This document shows, piece by piece, positions 9,560-18,926 of a stretch of 64,000 bases of DNA. The position numbers and the translations under genes are program-made. Each line of letters opens with the position of its first letter. Position 1 is the first letter of the stretch. The stretch is from a phage, in NCBI GenBank assembly GCA_024614665.1, contig GCA_024614665.1_4861.1, one strand, 5' to 3'. The notes beneath the pieces were generated by a model. The model was not told the DNA's origin, made no database searches, and saw only the letters and a list, made by a program, of their open reading frames with translations.

Positions 9560-10158
9560 TATTCCTCCTCAGGAACATCAATAAGCAGCCTCATATCCAA
9601 AGCATTGGTTAACGGTGTCTTCGGGAAGTCCACCTTCAGAACCAACGTACGGATAGCGCCATTATGCGCCTCTAAGAACATCTTCACCGGCTCAACATAA
9701 TGCGCCATAACTGCCTCCGTTACGGCGGTCGCCATTAGATCCAACGTATAGTGCTTGAGCGTGGCCCAGTGTGAGCTGTCTTGCTCTTTGTACATCAACG
9801 CTAAATCTAACAATGGTGTCAGCCCGTTAAAATGTGACTCAGTGCTGGCTTCCATTGCAACATTAAACTTCCACCGACGGTACTCGTCAGTCAGTAACGT
9901 AAAGAAGTCGTGCAAGAACGTAAGGTCGGTGCGAGCCAACATGCAACGAAACTCGTACGTGTAGCTGGTCAGCGTTTCACGTATAAGTTCGTGCATCTCG
10001 TCCTGGTCCAATTCTTTTACAGGTATCTCCACGGTGATACGCGGTAGGCGGACTACGGTGTCAACCACCAAATCCAAAAACCGCATACCGTCCGGAAGAT
10101 ACCCCACGACCCCCAAGTCCACATTAATCAAGTGGTTGGCGATCACCTTGTAGATCAT
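9559..10158 (-). CDS. hypothetical protein (199 aa)
   Basis: ORF track; start/stop overlap with neighbour. Confidence 0.5.
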   Translation of the reverse strand: MIYKVIANHLINVDLGVVGYLPDGMRFLDLVVDTVVRLPRITVEIPVKELDQDEMHELIRETLTSYTYEFRCMLARTDLTFLHDFFTLLTDEYRRWKFNVAMEASTESHFNGLTPLLDLALMYKEQDSSHWATLKHYTLDLMATAVTEAVMAHYVEPVKMFLEAHNGAIRTLVLKVDFPKTPLTNALDMRLLIDVPEEE

Positions 10159-10167
10159 TCGTACTCC

Positions 10168-10599
10168 TTAACATTCAACACAGATGAGTGCGTTGCCAAT
10201 TTCATTCATAAGGAGTGAAACCTTTGTCTTTTTTGCTCCGTCTTCTGGAGTCAAGCCAGCCATGCCCCACACACGTTCTATCACGGAAAGGATTTCATAG
10301 AACCGAACTTCATCCTTAATCCCACTGCTCATGTTGTAGCAGTTTAGAGGCAGTACCTTTTCAGTACCCCACATCCCGCGCAACTGTTCCAGTATCAACG
10401 CAGGGTCTGGGGGAATAAAAGTAAGAAAGTTCTCACCCTTACCTAGCCCATTAACAATAGAACGTACCGTTAATTCGGCGTAACTGGCCAGAAACAAATA
10501 AGCGACAGCGGGCTCGATCTCGCTAGTATCAGCAATCTCGGCCCGTGCCAACAACGACTCATATTTGAAGACTTCGCCTATGGTCATGTACAGTTTCAT
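10168..10599 (-). CDS. hypothetical protein (143 aa)
   Basis: ORF track; 4-nt overlap with upstream gene. Confidence 0.5.
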   Translation of the reverse strand: MKLYMTIGEVFKYESLLARAEIADTSEIEPAVAYLFLASYAELTVRSIVNGLGKGENFLTFIPPDPALILEQLRGMWGTEKVLPLNCYNMSSGIKDEVRFYEILSVIERVWGMAGLTPEDGAKKTKVSLLMNEIGNALICVEC

Positions 10600-11084
10600 T
10601 CGCAGATTAACACCACATCGTTAAAACTATCACCTACATACGTTTGATATCGCCCCGGATACAGCGACTCTATCAGTCCAGCAAAACCAGTTAAGTTTGT
10701 TAACTCTTCGACCAGCAAACTTACTGCAGCGCCGAAGGCTGCTTGATGTTGTTCGGACGAACCTTGTGCTGCCAGAAACGTCGTATCGACGGACGTTTCC
10801 TTAGCGAACTGGTCAACGGACAGACCATCGGTCACCAGCTCCCAATTGCCCAGAGGTTCAAGCGTGTCTTCCTGTAACAAATCAACCATCGTCGAAGGGT
10901 CACGAGTTTTCACACCGATGATATACGCAAACGCAAAACGTTGATAAAAATCACGTATCTGTGTTTCATCAATCTCCAGGTTACTGGCTTCCAGTACACG
11001 CAATGCCGCTTCACGAACATGCTCGTAAAACCGAGTCGCGCTATATTGGTTCGCAATATCCGCCACATCAAACAGAACGCTCAT
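10596..11084 (-). CDS. hypothetical protein (162 aa)
   Basis: ORF track; 4-nt overlaps both sides. Confidence 0.5.
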   Translation of the reverse strand: MSVLFDVADIANQYSATRFYEHVREAALRVLEASNLEIDETQIRDFYQRFAFAYIIGVKTRDPSTMVDLLQEDTLEPLGNWELVTDGLSVDQFAKETSVDTTFLAAQGSSEQHQAAFGAAVSLLVEELTNLTGFAGLIESLYPGRYQTYVGDSFNDVVLICE

Positions 11085-11590
11085 ACACGACCTCCGAGAT
11101 TACCGATAAGCAAATCGATAACAGGCAGAAGTTGTGGGGTGATTCGCTCGTACGCTTCCTGGCTGGCAAACTGTGGGAATTTATCACCACCATTATAGTC
11201 CAGTAAGAATTCGACATCCGCCGGATTATGCATTGTGTATTGTGCACCGACCCAACGACCGTAGTGAGTAAACCAATAAGGAGACTGCGCTACGGCAGTC
11301 ATATACGCTCGGCCGATGTTTTGAATTGCAGTGCCGTAGGTGATTACTTGCTCATTTTCCAGCACAACGCCGTGTGCATTCAGTGTACGAGAAACAAACC
11401 CAAAGGTGTTGTTCATCATAAACTTTAACTCACTACCAATGGTTCCACGTTCCACGAAGCTCATGGCGGTATTGATTATCGAGTTCAAATCGTCATTCAC
11501 TTCGCGGAGCACATCGTTTGGCGAAAACTCCGTTAACGGCCCAGCCAATAACTGATAGCCGGGGATATAAAAATGAGATCGCTCAATCAT
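11081..11590 (-). CDS. hypothetical protein (169 aa)
   Basis: ORF track; compact operon. Confidence 0.5.
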   Translation of the reverse strand: MIERSHFYIPGYQLLAGPLTEFSPNDVLREVNDDLNSIINTAMSFVERGTIGSELKFMMNNTFGFVSRTLNAHGVVLENEQVITYGTAIQNIGRAYMTAVAQSPYWFTHYGRWVGAQYTMHNPADVEFLLDYNGGDKFPQFASQEAYERITPQLLPVIDLLIGNLGGRV

Positions 11591-11990
11591 TGTAAGTAAC
11601 CCCTGTAGTCAACATTTTCCAAACACCGTCTCCTACATGCCAGAGGAGAAAGTCGGATTGTGGTAAATAAGTCATGTCCTCGTCGATTGCTTGCCAGATG
11701 CAATCGGTGTCCCGTATCAACAACTCAAATCGACAAAGAGCCCAATATTTTGCCGATGTGGTTGGAGTAATGATTGGGTTATCGTGAACATACTCCATAA
11801 AGAACTGGCGTATCATGCTATCGATAACGCCATATTTTTTCCGCAGAACATGCAACCGAACAATTTGCTCGATATAGTCGTCAAGCTCTACCGCAGCATC
11901 CTGGTAATCGATGCCGAGATTCTCTTTGACGAGAGCGGTGAGTCGGCAAGTCAATCGCACGAACTCAGTATAAACCGTCATCATAGACAT
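11583..11990 (-). CDS. hypothetical protein (135 aa)
   Basis: ORF track; compact operon. Confidence 0.5.
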   Translation of the reverse strand: MSMMTVYTEFVRLTCRLTALVKENLGIDYQDAAVELDDYIEQIVRLHVLRKKYGVIDSMIRQFFMEYVHDNPIITPTTSAKYWALCRFELLIRDTDCIWQAIDEDMTYLPQSDFLLWHVGDGVWKMLTTGVTYND

Positions 11991-12273
11991 CTGTTACCTT
12001 ACGTGGAATGAAACGGAGAATTCTGTCTGCCTGATTATAATGATACCGATACCCTTTCGGAGGAATGCCCATTTCCTCACAGATAGCACGATGAACGTGT
12101 GACGCGATGGTGTGGATTTCCCGCGAATGACTTCTGGGACGATAACACCTAACAATCAGTGAGACTGTTTCTGTGTCCCACGCACCGTGTTCTGTAAATG
12201 TCGGAATCATGTATTCGAGCATACAGAGAATGATATGCTTCAACCCCGTGTTAACATCATACATGCTGAACAT
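11965..12273 (-). CDS. hypothetical protein (about 102 aa; start moved to internal ATG)
   Basis: ORF track ORF 11965..12432 overlaps the upstream gene by 146 nt; internal ATG at 12273 removes the overlap. Confidence 0.4.
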   Translation of the reverse strand: MFSMYDVNTGLKHIILCMLEYMIPTFTEHGAWDTETVSLIVRCYRPRSHSREIHTIASHVHRAICEEMGIPPKGYRYHYNQADRILRFIPRKVTDVYDDGLY

Positions 12274-12286
12274 GATGTCGCTGGGG

Positions 12287-12850
12287 TCATTCAATATCCT
12301 GACGTATGCCGTCGAGGCAATGTGATCGATCAGTACCAGACGGACGATATCGTTTGTTTGGGAAGCATTGGCGGTAGTGGATGAATCTGATGTCTTCTCC
12401 AATTTGTAACTCCAGAGATTGCACCTGCCCACGACGGGTTATGTGTGGTTCCAGTTTAATCGTCGCATAACGATTAAACGGGTGTTTGGCGGCCTTCACA
12501 GCATTCTCCACAAGCGCATGGATACTGTCCAGGAAACTGTTGTAACAGTCTTCGAATGCCAATCCGATAAGATATTCGGTAGAACGTAAAATCGCTACGG
12601 TCTCCTTCGTCTTATTAACCGGAGTACCCAAACCGCCGCTGGAAACGTGTGTACGTTCCACAGGAACTGTTTTCGGTGGAAGTATGATCTGGTCAGCCAC
12701 CAACATCATCGTGAGATTAAAAGCGTCAGTATAAGGTTCCAGCAAAGGTTCCATACGTGCATTAGGCATTTCCGGAACGGAGTAAAAGATATCTTCGAGC
12801 GCAGTGTGTAACAGTTGTACAGTTAACATCTCGCGTTCTTTTTGGCTCAT
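12287..12850 (-). CDS. hypothetical protein (about 187 aa; start moved to internal ATG)
   Basis: Internal ATG at 12850..12848 forms an ATGA overlap with the stop of the 12847..13167 gene (translational coupling). Confidence 0.45.
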   Translation of the reverse strand: MSQKEREMLTVQLLHTALEDIFYSVPEMPNARMEPLLEPYTDAFNLTMMLVADQIILPPKTVPVERTHVSSGGLGTPVNKTKETVAILRSTEYLIGLAFEDCYNSFLDSIHALVENAVKAAKHPFNRYATIKLEPHITRRGQVQSLELQIGEDIRFIHYRQCFPNKRYRPSGTDRSHCLDGIRQDIE

Positions 12851-13167
12851 CCGCAGAGCGGTAGCGTACTGGGAAGCATCGACAGGCCCCCAGAAGCTAG
12901 AATGAACCGCAGCTGGTTCGAGGTATATTCTGACCACGTTTGCACAACTCCATTTTTGTAATGAAAGGGATAGCTATGGTTTCGGCCCAACGCCGAAATA
13001 ACAAACCACGCTTCCGTGCCAAAATAACTTTCGGCAATGCGTATCCACTCGCGTGGAAACTCATGCGTGCCGGGATAAATGACTTCTTGTATCGCGCACA
13101 GTAACGTGTCCGCAGGCACAATCTGTTCATTTGTCCCTGGAGAGAAATTAAAGAACATGCGCGTCAT
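12847..13167 (-). CDS. hypothetical protein (106 aa)
   Basis: ORF track. Confidence 0.4.
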   Translation of the reverse strand: MTRMFFNFSPGTNEQIVPADTLLCAIQEVIYPGTHEFPREWIRIAESYFGTEAWFVISALGRNHSYPFHYKNGVVQTWSEYTSNQLRFILASGGLSMLPSTLPLCG

Positions 13168-13330
13168 CGAGAAATGCTCCTTAAGGATAATTCACGAAGA
13201 TAATATCTATGCAAAATTTCTTCGAGTATGGTGCGCACATAAAGGTCGTAAAACGTATTTTAATGTCAGGTAATGGGATAGCATTACCCGATGGTATGAG
13301 TTGTCCTACGAGCTTCATAGGAGCCTTAGA

Positions 13331-14143
13331 ATGAATGTTATCGACTACTGCCTGCGTAAAATCAGACAGCATATCCCTGCCCCGATTCTACAGGCGGCTT
13401 TTGTTCCAGAAAACCTCAAGTTACTGGGAATTGCAAGCTCTGTAGATAACGAAATTCAACAACGCGTTATTCGTGAAATTCTGGTCCCTGAAATCTCCAG
13501 AATGGGGCAGTATCAAGAAGTAGATTTGCAAGGTGTTCCTTGGGATAACGACACGCAAGATTATTTCAGTCGCGTGTACTATCTCGACGACATCAAAACA
13601 GGCGGTCGCCCTATTCTGGACGCCCATATCTCTGTAACACCTGTTGCCGGGCAGGCGTACACCATGCCACCTGCCGGTTCGTATCTGGACGGTGCAACCT
13701 CCGGTGTACTGGCGTCCACTCAACAAGTGGTTGATAGCCAATCGGCGATGCCACGTATCGCCTCGCCAGAAGTTGAGGTGCTCGGTCCGAATACCATTCG
13801 TATCAAAGACCCAGGCATGTTCGTTTACTCTACCAAACTCGTGGTGAAGTACGAACTGTCCCAGGAGATGAACGAAATCAAACCAGCATTCTATCCGGTT
13901 GTAGGTGAGCTGGCAGTCATGGCTGTTAAGCAATATATCTACAACACCATGATCTTCGACATGGACTCTGGTAAACTGGAAAACGGTATGGAGTTCGGTG
14001 CCTTCAGAAACGTTATTGAAGGTTACTCGGACGCAGGTCAAATGTTCGAAGACACCTTGCCGAAAATGCAGCGTTGCCTGGTCCACAACGACAACATCGG
14101 AAACCGTTGGAACTACATGAACGGTGGACGCTTCAAGTCGTAA
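13331..14143 (+). CDS. hypothetical protein (270 aa), opposite orientation to flanking block
   Basis: ORF track starts at a TTG at 13301; in-frame ATG at 13331 has AGGAG 8 nt upstream; terminator directly after stop; the antisense ORF 13421..14146 has atypical composition. Confidence 0.5.
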   Translation: MNVIDYCLRKIRQHIPAPILQAAFVPENLKLLGIASSVDNEIQQRVIREILVPEISRMGQYQEVDLQGVPWDNDTQDYFSRVYYLDDIKTGGRPILDAHISVTPVAGQAYTMPPAGSYLDGATSGVLASTQQVVDSQSAMPRIASPEVEVLGPNTIRIKDPGMFVYSTKLVVKYELSQEMNEIKPAFYPVVGELAVMAVKQYIYNTMIFDMDSGKLENGMEFGAFRNVIEGYSDAGQMFEDTLPKMQRCLVHNDNIGNRWNYMNGGRFKS

Positions 14144-14200
14144 CAAAAAAAAAAGAAAGATTCCGTACCTCTACGCAAGTAGAGGTACTTCTTCTTTTTT
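14144..14200. terminator. bidirectional rho-independent terminator
   Basis: Hairpin GTACCTCTAC-GCAA-GTAGAGGTAC (14165..14188) with A-run upstream and T-run downstream; between convergent genes. Confidence 0.65.
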
Positions 14201-14588
14201 AACCGGCAACACCCAGCACATCCTTAAGATGATGGGTAATACCTGACGTCCACGCCTCACCTTCACGCACGATTTCCGGTTGAGCGTTAACCAGTCGGCG
14301 GAGAGAAATTGTGTGTTCCGCTAAACCCGCTACGGGAAACACAGGTGGAACGGTGGCTTGTTTGACATAATCGACGACATCGTTGAAGCCTTCGTTAGAA
14401 GACCAATCAATTTCTACACCGTCGCAGACATCTAATTGACGCGTGTTATTCTCTTCATCGGGGTGGAAAGTAAAACCCCATTGAATTGTATCCAGGAGAC
14501 CACGGTCAAGTTCGTTGACCACTTTAATTTTCTTGAGGGTATCCGGATGCGCCATAATCACGTCCAGCGGACGCAGTTTGTTTTTCAT
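14199..14588 (-). CDS. hypothetical protein (129 aa)
   Basis: ORF track. Confidence 0.5.
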   Translation of the reverse strand: MKNKLRPLDVIMAHPDTLKKIKVVNELDRGLLDTIQWGFTFHPDEENNTRQLDVCDGVEIDWSSNEGFNDVVDYVKQATVPPVFPVAGLAEHTISLRRLVNAQPEIVREGEAWTSGITHHLKDVLGVAG

Positions 14589-14655
14589 CGAGCATCTCCT
14601 TTGGAATCTATTACAGCACAGACTCCCTACAAGATAGGTGCCTGCCGTAAAAAAG

Positions 14656-15072
14656 TCAGTGTAAGGTTCCGAGGGTTTTATAGTGTTTATAATTCATTGC
14701 GTGGATGCTGTCTAACACAATGGCGAATACTTCCTCATAAGGTAGTCGTTTCTGCATAACTGCAGCACACATCGAATCGAATAAAGAAGGCATTAATTGC
14801 GGCATTTCATTTAACGCCGATGATTCGCTACGGGATAAACACTCGCTTGTGTTTATTGTTGGTGTGTTTGGCCCAGTGTAGATAGCCACAGCCTCTACCA
14901 CATCTAGTGAGTCGAGCCACGGCTGGAATTGGGGCAACTGCATTAGCACTGGAAAGACCTCACTTGCAAGTATTCTTGAATAACTGCACTGCGGTCTTAA
15001 AGTCGTGGGTAATTTATTTTCTTCCAATGCTTTAAATAAATCTTTCGTCTGGTAGTAGCACTGCGTAATCAT
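14656..15072 (-). CDS. hypothetical protein (138 aa)
   Basis: ORF track. Confidence 0.5.
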   Translation of the reverse strand: MITQCYYQTKDLFKALEENKLPTTLRPQCSYSRILASEVFPVLMQLPQFQPWLDSLDVVEAVAIYTGPNTPTINTSECLSRSESSALNEMPQLMPSLFDSMCAAVMQKRLPYEEVFAIVLDSIHAMNYKHYKTLGTLH

Positions 15073-15105
15073 GGTAACTTCCTCCTATAAGATTCTGAGG
15101 CAGTC

Positions 15106-15143
15106 GTGAAAAAAGAAAAAAAAGAGGGAACCGAAGTTCCCTC
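15106..15143 (-). terminator. rho-independent terminator
   Basis: Minus strand hairpin GAGGGAA-CTTCGG-TTCCCTC then T-run; follows stop of 15158..16105. Confidence 0.6.
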
Positions 15144-15157
15144 AAAAGCATCGACTA

Positions 15158-16105
15158 CTAATCAAACTGAAAATCGTACACGCTAAGCCATTGCTCACGT
15201 GGAAACAAATTATAAACTTCCTCAGGGATGTGGAGTACCAACCATCTAGCTCCGTTACCGCCAACGTACCAGGAAGCGTACGGATATATAGAATCCTTCG
15301 GTGGTGCTAACGGAGAAGGTAATTGCTGAGCCCCATAAACGATGCTACCGACCATCTCGCCGTCCGGTAGGACTGCCGCAACCATCCAATTCGCGGGATA
15401 ATAGGTTCCAGCATCGGGAGTCGCTAAATAACGCAAGTATAAGTTATCTGGCTCAAACCGCTTGCGTAGAGTTAAGAATAAACACAACTCATACGGTTCG
15501 ATGTTCAATCTGGTGTTCGGGAGACTGTGCTCTTTATACCAGTTTGCATAACCTGCCTGCAGTGCTCTGATTGCCAGGATTGGTTTGTCTATATCCACAG
15601 GTAGCTGGAGTGGTGTAACGTTCAAATCTGCGGCGGTTGGAAACATTACCGGTTCAGGATTGATGAGCTGGTTATACGCTTCCCGTAAACGATTCATCTT
15701 GATGCGTAATGCACCGTTCGTTAACACCAGCCTACGTCCATGGTTTTCATCTGCCGCACGTTCCGTAAAAAGTGCATCGCCGAAGTGGCGAACAAACTCA
15801 ATGCTTAGGAACTTGGTGTGGTACGTAGGTGATGTGTACTCAATGAACTCATTCTGTCTGAATCCAAAATGGTGGAGCAATTCGCCGTTGGTCCATTTGA
15901 ACACAAATCGGAATTCGAAGTTCTTGTACTGTAGCGCATCTTTTACAGCACGTATCGCTTCCCAAGCGTCGAAGTTCGTTCTGTATAACGAACCAAAAGG
16001 GAAGAATCTGCGAGGTAAGAAAGGTCGAATGCGGGTTGCTTCTGCGAGGCTGAAGCCATCCTGGTTTAATCCTTCGATAGCGCTAGGATTACTTGGTCTG
16101 TACAT
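15158..16105 (-). CDS. hypothetical protein (315 aa)
   Basis: ORF track. Confidence 0.55.
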   Translation of the reverse strand: MYRPSNPSAIEGLNQDGFSLAEATRIRPFLPRRFFPFGSLYRTNFDAWEAIRAVKDALQYKNFEFRFVFKWTNGELLHHFGFRQNEFIEYTSPTYHTKFLSIEFVRHFGDALFTERAADENHGRRLVLTNGALRIKMNRLREAYNQLINPEPVMFPTAADLNVTPLQLPVDIDKPILAIRALQAGYANWYKEHSLPNTRLNIEPYELCLFLTLRKRFEPDNLYLRYLATPDAGTYYPANWMVAAVLPDGEMVGSIVYGAQQLPSPLAPPKDSIYPYASWYVGGNGARWLVLHIPEEVYNLFPREQWLSVYDFQFD

Positions 16106-16195
16106 GATGCATACCTTTTATAGTCGAGTTGGGAGAATTCAGATGAGGATTTCTCATCTCACTTAGGTAATATCTATCTGTGGATATTTGGAATG

Positions 16196-16239
16196 CAAAA
16201 AAAAATAAAAGAGTTGTCCTCACTCCGAAGAGTGAGGAC
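16196..16239 (-). terminator. rho-independent terminator
   Basis: Minus strand hairpin GTCCTCACTC-TTCG-GAGTGAGGAC then long T-run; downstream of stop at 16330. Confidence 0.6.
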
Positions 16240-16329
16240 TTCCCTGGTGTTGGCATGTAAATCTACAAGGTCTTACAAGGTCAGACGAGGGCTAATCGTC
16301 AGGAACATAGCTACTGGGCGTTAGCTAAT

Positions 16330-17151
16330 TCAGCGAAGGGCGTCGGTAGTCTTACCGTGAGAGTTAACCACGTAGACTTCGTCGCCTTTATAAAACAGTT
16401 CGTACAACGCACCGGTACTGATCTGGTTATCAGGATCGTATCCAGATTCTTCTTCGATGCACATTGCGCCAATCAGTTCATCGACTGACCGGTCGCCAGG
16501 GCGAGCGCCTTTTAAAACAGTGACAACGCACTCACCATTAACCCATTGTGAGTGTTCCTGGACATCAGTGAACTCGATAGATGGACCAGGCTCTAATTTG
16601 GCTTGTTGCAGTTCTTCCTGAGTGTAGACAATAATCGCCATGTCGCTATCAGGAGACGGCTTGTACCAACCTAATTTTTCTAAGGGCGTACCGAAACCAA
16701 CGAGTTCGCCGCAGATACTATCCATGGCTTCCGGTTCACATAAATTTGTCGCCAGTACCAAGATAGCGTTGCCCTTATTATCTAGCACGTAGCTAATAAA
16801 CTCGCGTGCGTTGCAGTTAAACACCTCGACCGTTTCCAAATCGGGGATAATAAGGTTGGGGAAAAGCTGCCTCAGGTATACGTGAGCATAAAGCTGACTT
16901 GTAGACAGGCGCTGCTGCCAGCTACAATAATCAGACAAATGCATGGTGTTCGGATCAGGCACATCAGGGGCAACGCGTTTTAACCCCGGATTAAGGGCTA
17001 ACTTTTCATCACCGACAACGATGTCGAAGCGCTCGTTCTCGAGCATTTTTAATGCCTCGCGGAATACACGAGACTTACGGTCACCGATACGAACCTTTTC
17101 ATGTTCGGTAATGATACGGTCACCATCAATCACACGTTTAACTGTAAACAT
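16330..17151 (-). CDS. hypothetical protein (273 aa; start moved to internal ATG)
   Basis: ORF track ORF 16330..17523 has a 124-codon Pro/Gly/Arg-rich N-terminal extension with non-protein-like composition that abuts the tRNA-like elements; ATG at 17151..17149 (MFTVKRVIDG) has AAGGA RBS. Confidence 0.5.
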   Translation of the reverse strand: MFTVKRVIDGDRIITEHEKVRIGDRKSRVFREALKMLENERFDIVVGDEKLALNPGLKRVAPDVPDPNTMHLSDYCSWQQRLSTSQLYAHVYLRQLFPNLIIPDLETVEVFNCNAREFISYVLDNKGNAILVLATNLCEPEAMDSICGELVGFGTPLEKLGWYKPSPDSDMAIIVYTQEELQQAKLEPGPSIEFTDVQEHSQWVNGECVVTVLKGARPGDRSVDELIGAMCIEEESGYDPDNQISTGALYELFYKGDEVYVVNSHGKTTDALR

Positions 17152-17526
17152 GTTGCTTTCCTTCTTACTACTATTGCTGCTTCTATTGGTAGTCCACGAC
17201 ATATCCCTCGTGGGTGGGTTCGGTGTGTAACCGAATAAGTTTTTCTGTTCCCAGGGCAACGCACCAGGCTTAATTGATTTAGTTGGCAAACCAGGAACAG
17301 AAAAGGGTGAACAGACCAGGGCGCGAGGTGGCTCTGTAAGGATGCGTAAGAAAAACCCAAACGGCCCTGGTCTGTAATTTGGCCCGAAGTCACCGTGTCG
17401 GAGGACAGCCCATGCAGGTAGGCGGCAATGGACACGGTGACCGCGGAAGTGGTTCGTGTTACCCTTGACCCGTGTGTGGATACGCGTCTTATTTCGAATG
17501 CCTTCGGGATAAGGATAACACAAATG

Positions 17527-17606
17527 GGGCGAGCAAACGGACGGATTCGAACCGTCGAAATATCCGATTATGAGTCGGGTGTTAATTCCTCTAACTTCGC
17601 TGCTCT
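17527..17606 (-). pseudogene. tRNA-like element (degenerate): T-arm GACGG-TTCGAAT-CCGTC and anticodon-arm-like CCGA-CUCAUAA-UCGG (CAU), but no pairable acceptor stem
   Basis: Hand folding of minus strand; anticodon loop identical to elongator tRNA-Met loops; acceptor stem cannot be formed and the variable region is 6 nt. Confidence 0.35.
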
Positions 17607-17675
17607 TGCTTTGACCGGTCTCGAACCGGCGACCTTCCTCAAAGAGGTTGCTCTACCTACCTGAGCTACAAAGCC
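17607..17675 (-). pseudogene. tRNA-like element (degenerate): canonical acceptor, D-arm and T-arm but anticodon arm shortened by about 4 nt
   Basis: Minus strand GGCTTTG-TA-GCTCAGGTAGGTAGAGC...GCCGG-TTCGAGA-CCGGT-CAAAGCA; only 13 nt where a 17-nt anticodon arm is expected; G1-A72 mismatch. Confidence 0.35.
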
Positions 17676-18450
17676 ATTGTAAGGTGCCGGTGCATCCCGG
17701 CGTGTGTTAGTGCAGTCAGCTCCCTCGGGCCTATCTGCGGCAACACGTTGCCCGGCGCACCGACATATACCACAGTAACCTCGTAAAGTCACTCTGGTAT
17801 TGTTCGTTGCATATTACTAAGTTATCACGTAAACGATTTCACCACTTCCAATAATTAACCTAAATTCATTTCTGAATGCAGGTGATGGACTTCTTCTTCT
17901 GAGCCTGGCCATAAGGTCAGGTCTTAGCGTCTCCAAGCACCACCCGCTATCACGTACATTCGTGGCGTACCGGCCGTATGAGGTACCGCGCCTACGGTGA
18001 CACACAGTCACCCTAACACTGGGAACTCAATCCCATTTGATTATCAGATTGTGGATTTACAGGCGTAGCGTAGCGGCTTAATGGGCCGGTGCTTGCCTGT
18101 CCCCTAGGGACGGTTGTCGTGGAGACGCCAGTCTGTAAGTGGGGCCCTTACGGGAAAACCCATCGCCTGTAAACCAAACATGACTGAATACCCAGAACCG
18201 GACGTTTGAAATCAACATCCTGATGTACTGGAGTATTTCATGCATAAACGTGTCTCGTATCGAATGAGGTTATGACCGGTCAGATACCCAGCATCCTGTA
18301 CAAGCGACCTGGTGCTTTGTGTACCTGGCTGCTACGGATTTATCGGTTTACCGTAGGTCTGAGCTGCTACCGGCTCATGCGGGACATCAACCCGCACAAT
18401 CTGAGTAAGTATCATGGCTCGAATAGGGTTAGTGGGCCGAAGCCCACTGT

Positions 18451-18693
18451 TTAGCCAGCATTGAACGATTCATGAACGACGGTCCCAGCAGGATAGTGCG
18501 TAGTGCCGATAAGAGTAACGGTCAGGGTAAGCCCTTCATCCCAGCGCTCTTTCGGTAACCAGCGGCAGTCCATCCAATGACCACAGTCGGGAGGAATTGC
18601 ACACGCGGCTTGCTCCGTAGGAGCCGCCACGATTATGGAATCAAATTCATCGTACCCGATATCGTCAGTTCGTTCTAGCAAGTACAAATTCAT
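18451..18693 (-). CDS. hypothetical protein (80 aa)
   Basis: ORF track; AGGAG RBS 6 nt upstream of ATG. Confidence 0.45.
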   Translation of the reverse strand: MNLYLLERTDDIGYDEFDSIIVAAPTEQAACAIPPDCGHWMDCRWLPKERWDEGLTLTVTLIGTTHYPAGTVVHESFNAG

Positions 18694-18757
18694 GTTGTTC
18701 TCCTACAGTTGACAAATCTGTGTCTTCTGTGTTGAACCTGAATTCGTTGGCTAAATG

Positions 18758-18833
18758 TGGCGGGGGCACGAGGTTTCGAACCTCGAACCTTCGGTTTTGG
18801 AGACCGGTGCGCTACCAATTGCGCCATACCCCC
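18758..18833 (-). tRNA. tRNA-Trp (anticodon CCA), 76 nt, CCA encoded
   Basis: Hand-folded cloverleaf on minus strand: acceptor GGGGGTA/TGCCCCC, D-arm GCGC-AATTGGTA-GCGC, anticodon arm CCGGT-CUCCAAA-ACCGA (as in E. coli tRNA-Trp except a C27-A43 mismatch), T-arm CGAGG-TTCGAAA-CCTCG, discriminator G, CCA. Confidence 0.8.
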
Positions 18834-18926
18834 AGAATTCTTTAAACGTGTTTATACGGATGCGCTACCCCGTTATCGCAGGCGATTGATGGGGTCAAGC
18901 TTGCGTGCTTCTGACTCCCGCATGAT

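Noticed and set aside
13421-14146. Minus-strand ORF of 241 aa
   Set aside because: Fully overlaps the better-supported plus-strand gene 13331..14143 (RBS, terminator, host-like codon usage); composition atypical
17152-17523. N-terminal 124 codons of ORF 16330..17523
   Set aside because: Pro/Gly/Arg-rich low-complexity translation running up to the tRNA-like elements; a well-placed ATG with RBS exists at 17151
18873-18923. 16-codon mini-ORF (MRESEARKLDPINRLR) between the HslV-like gene and tRNA-Trp
   Set aside because: Its apparent RBS is the coding sequence of the HslV-like C-terminus; too short and unsupported to call; could be checked by ribosome profiling
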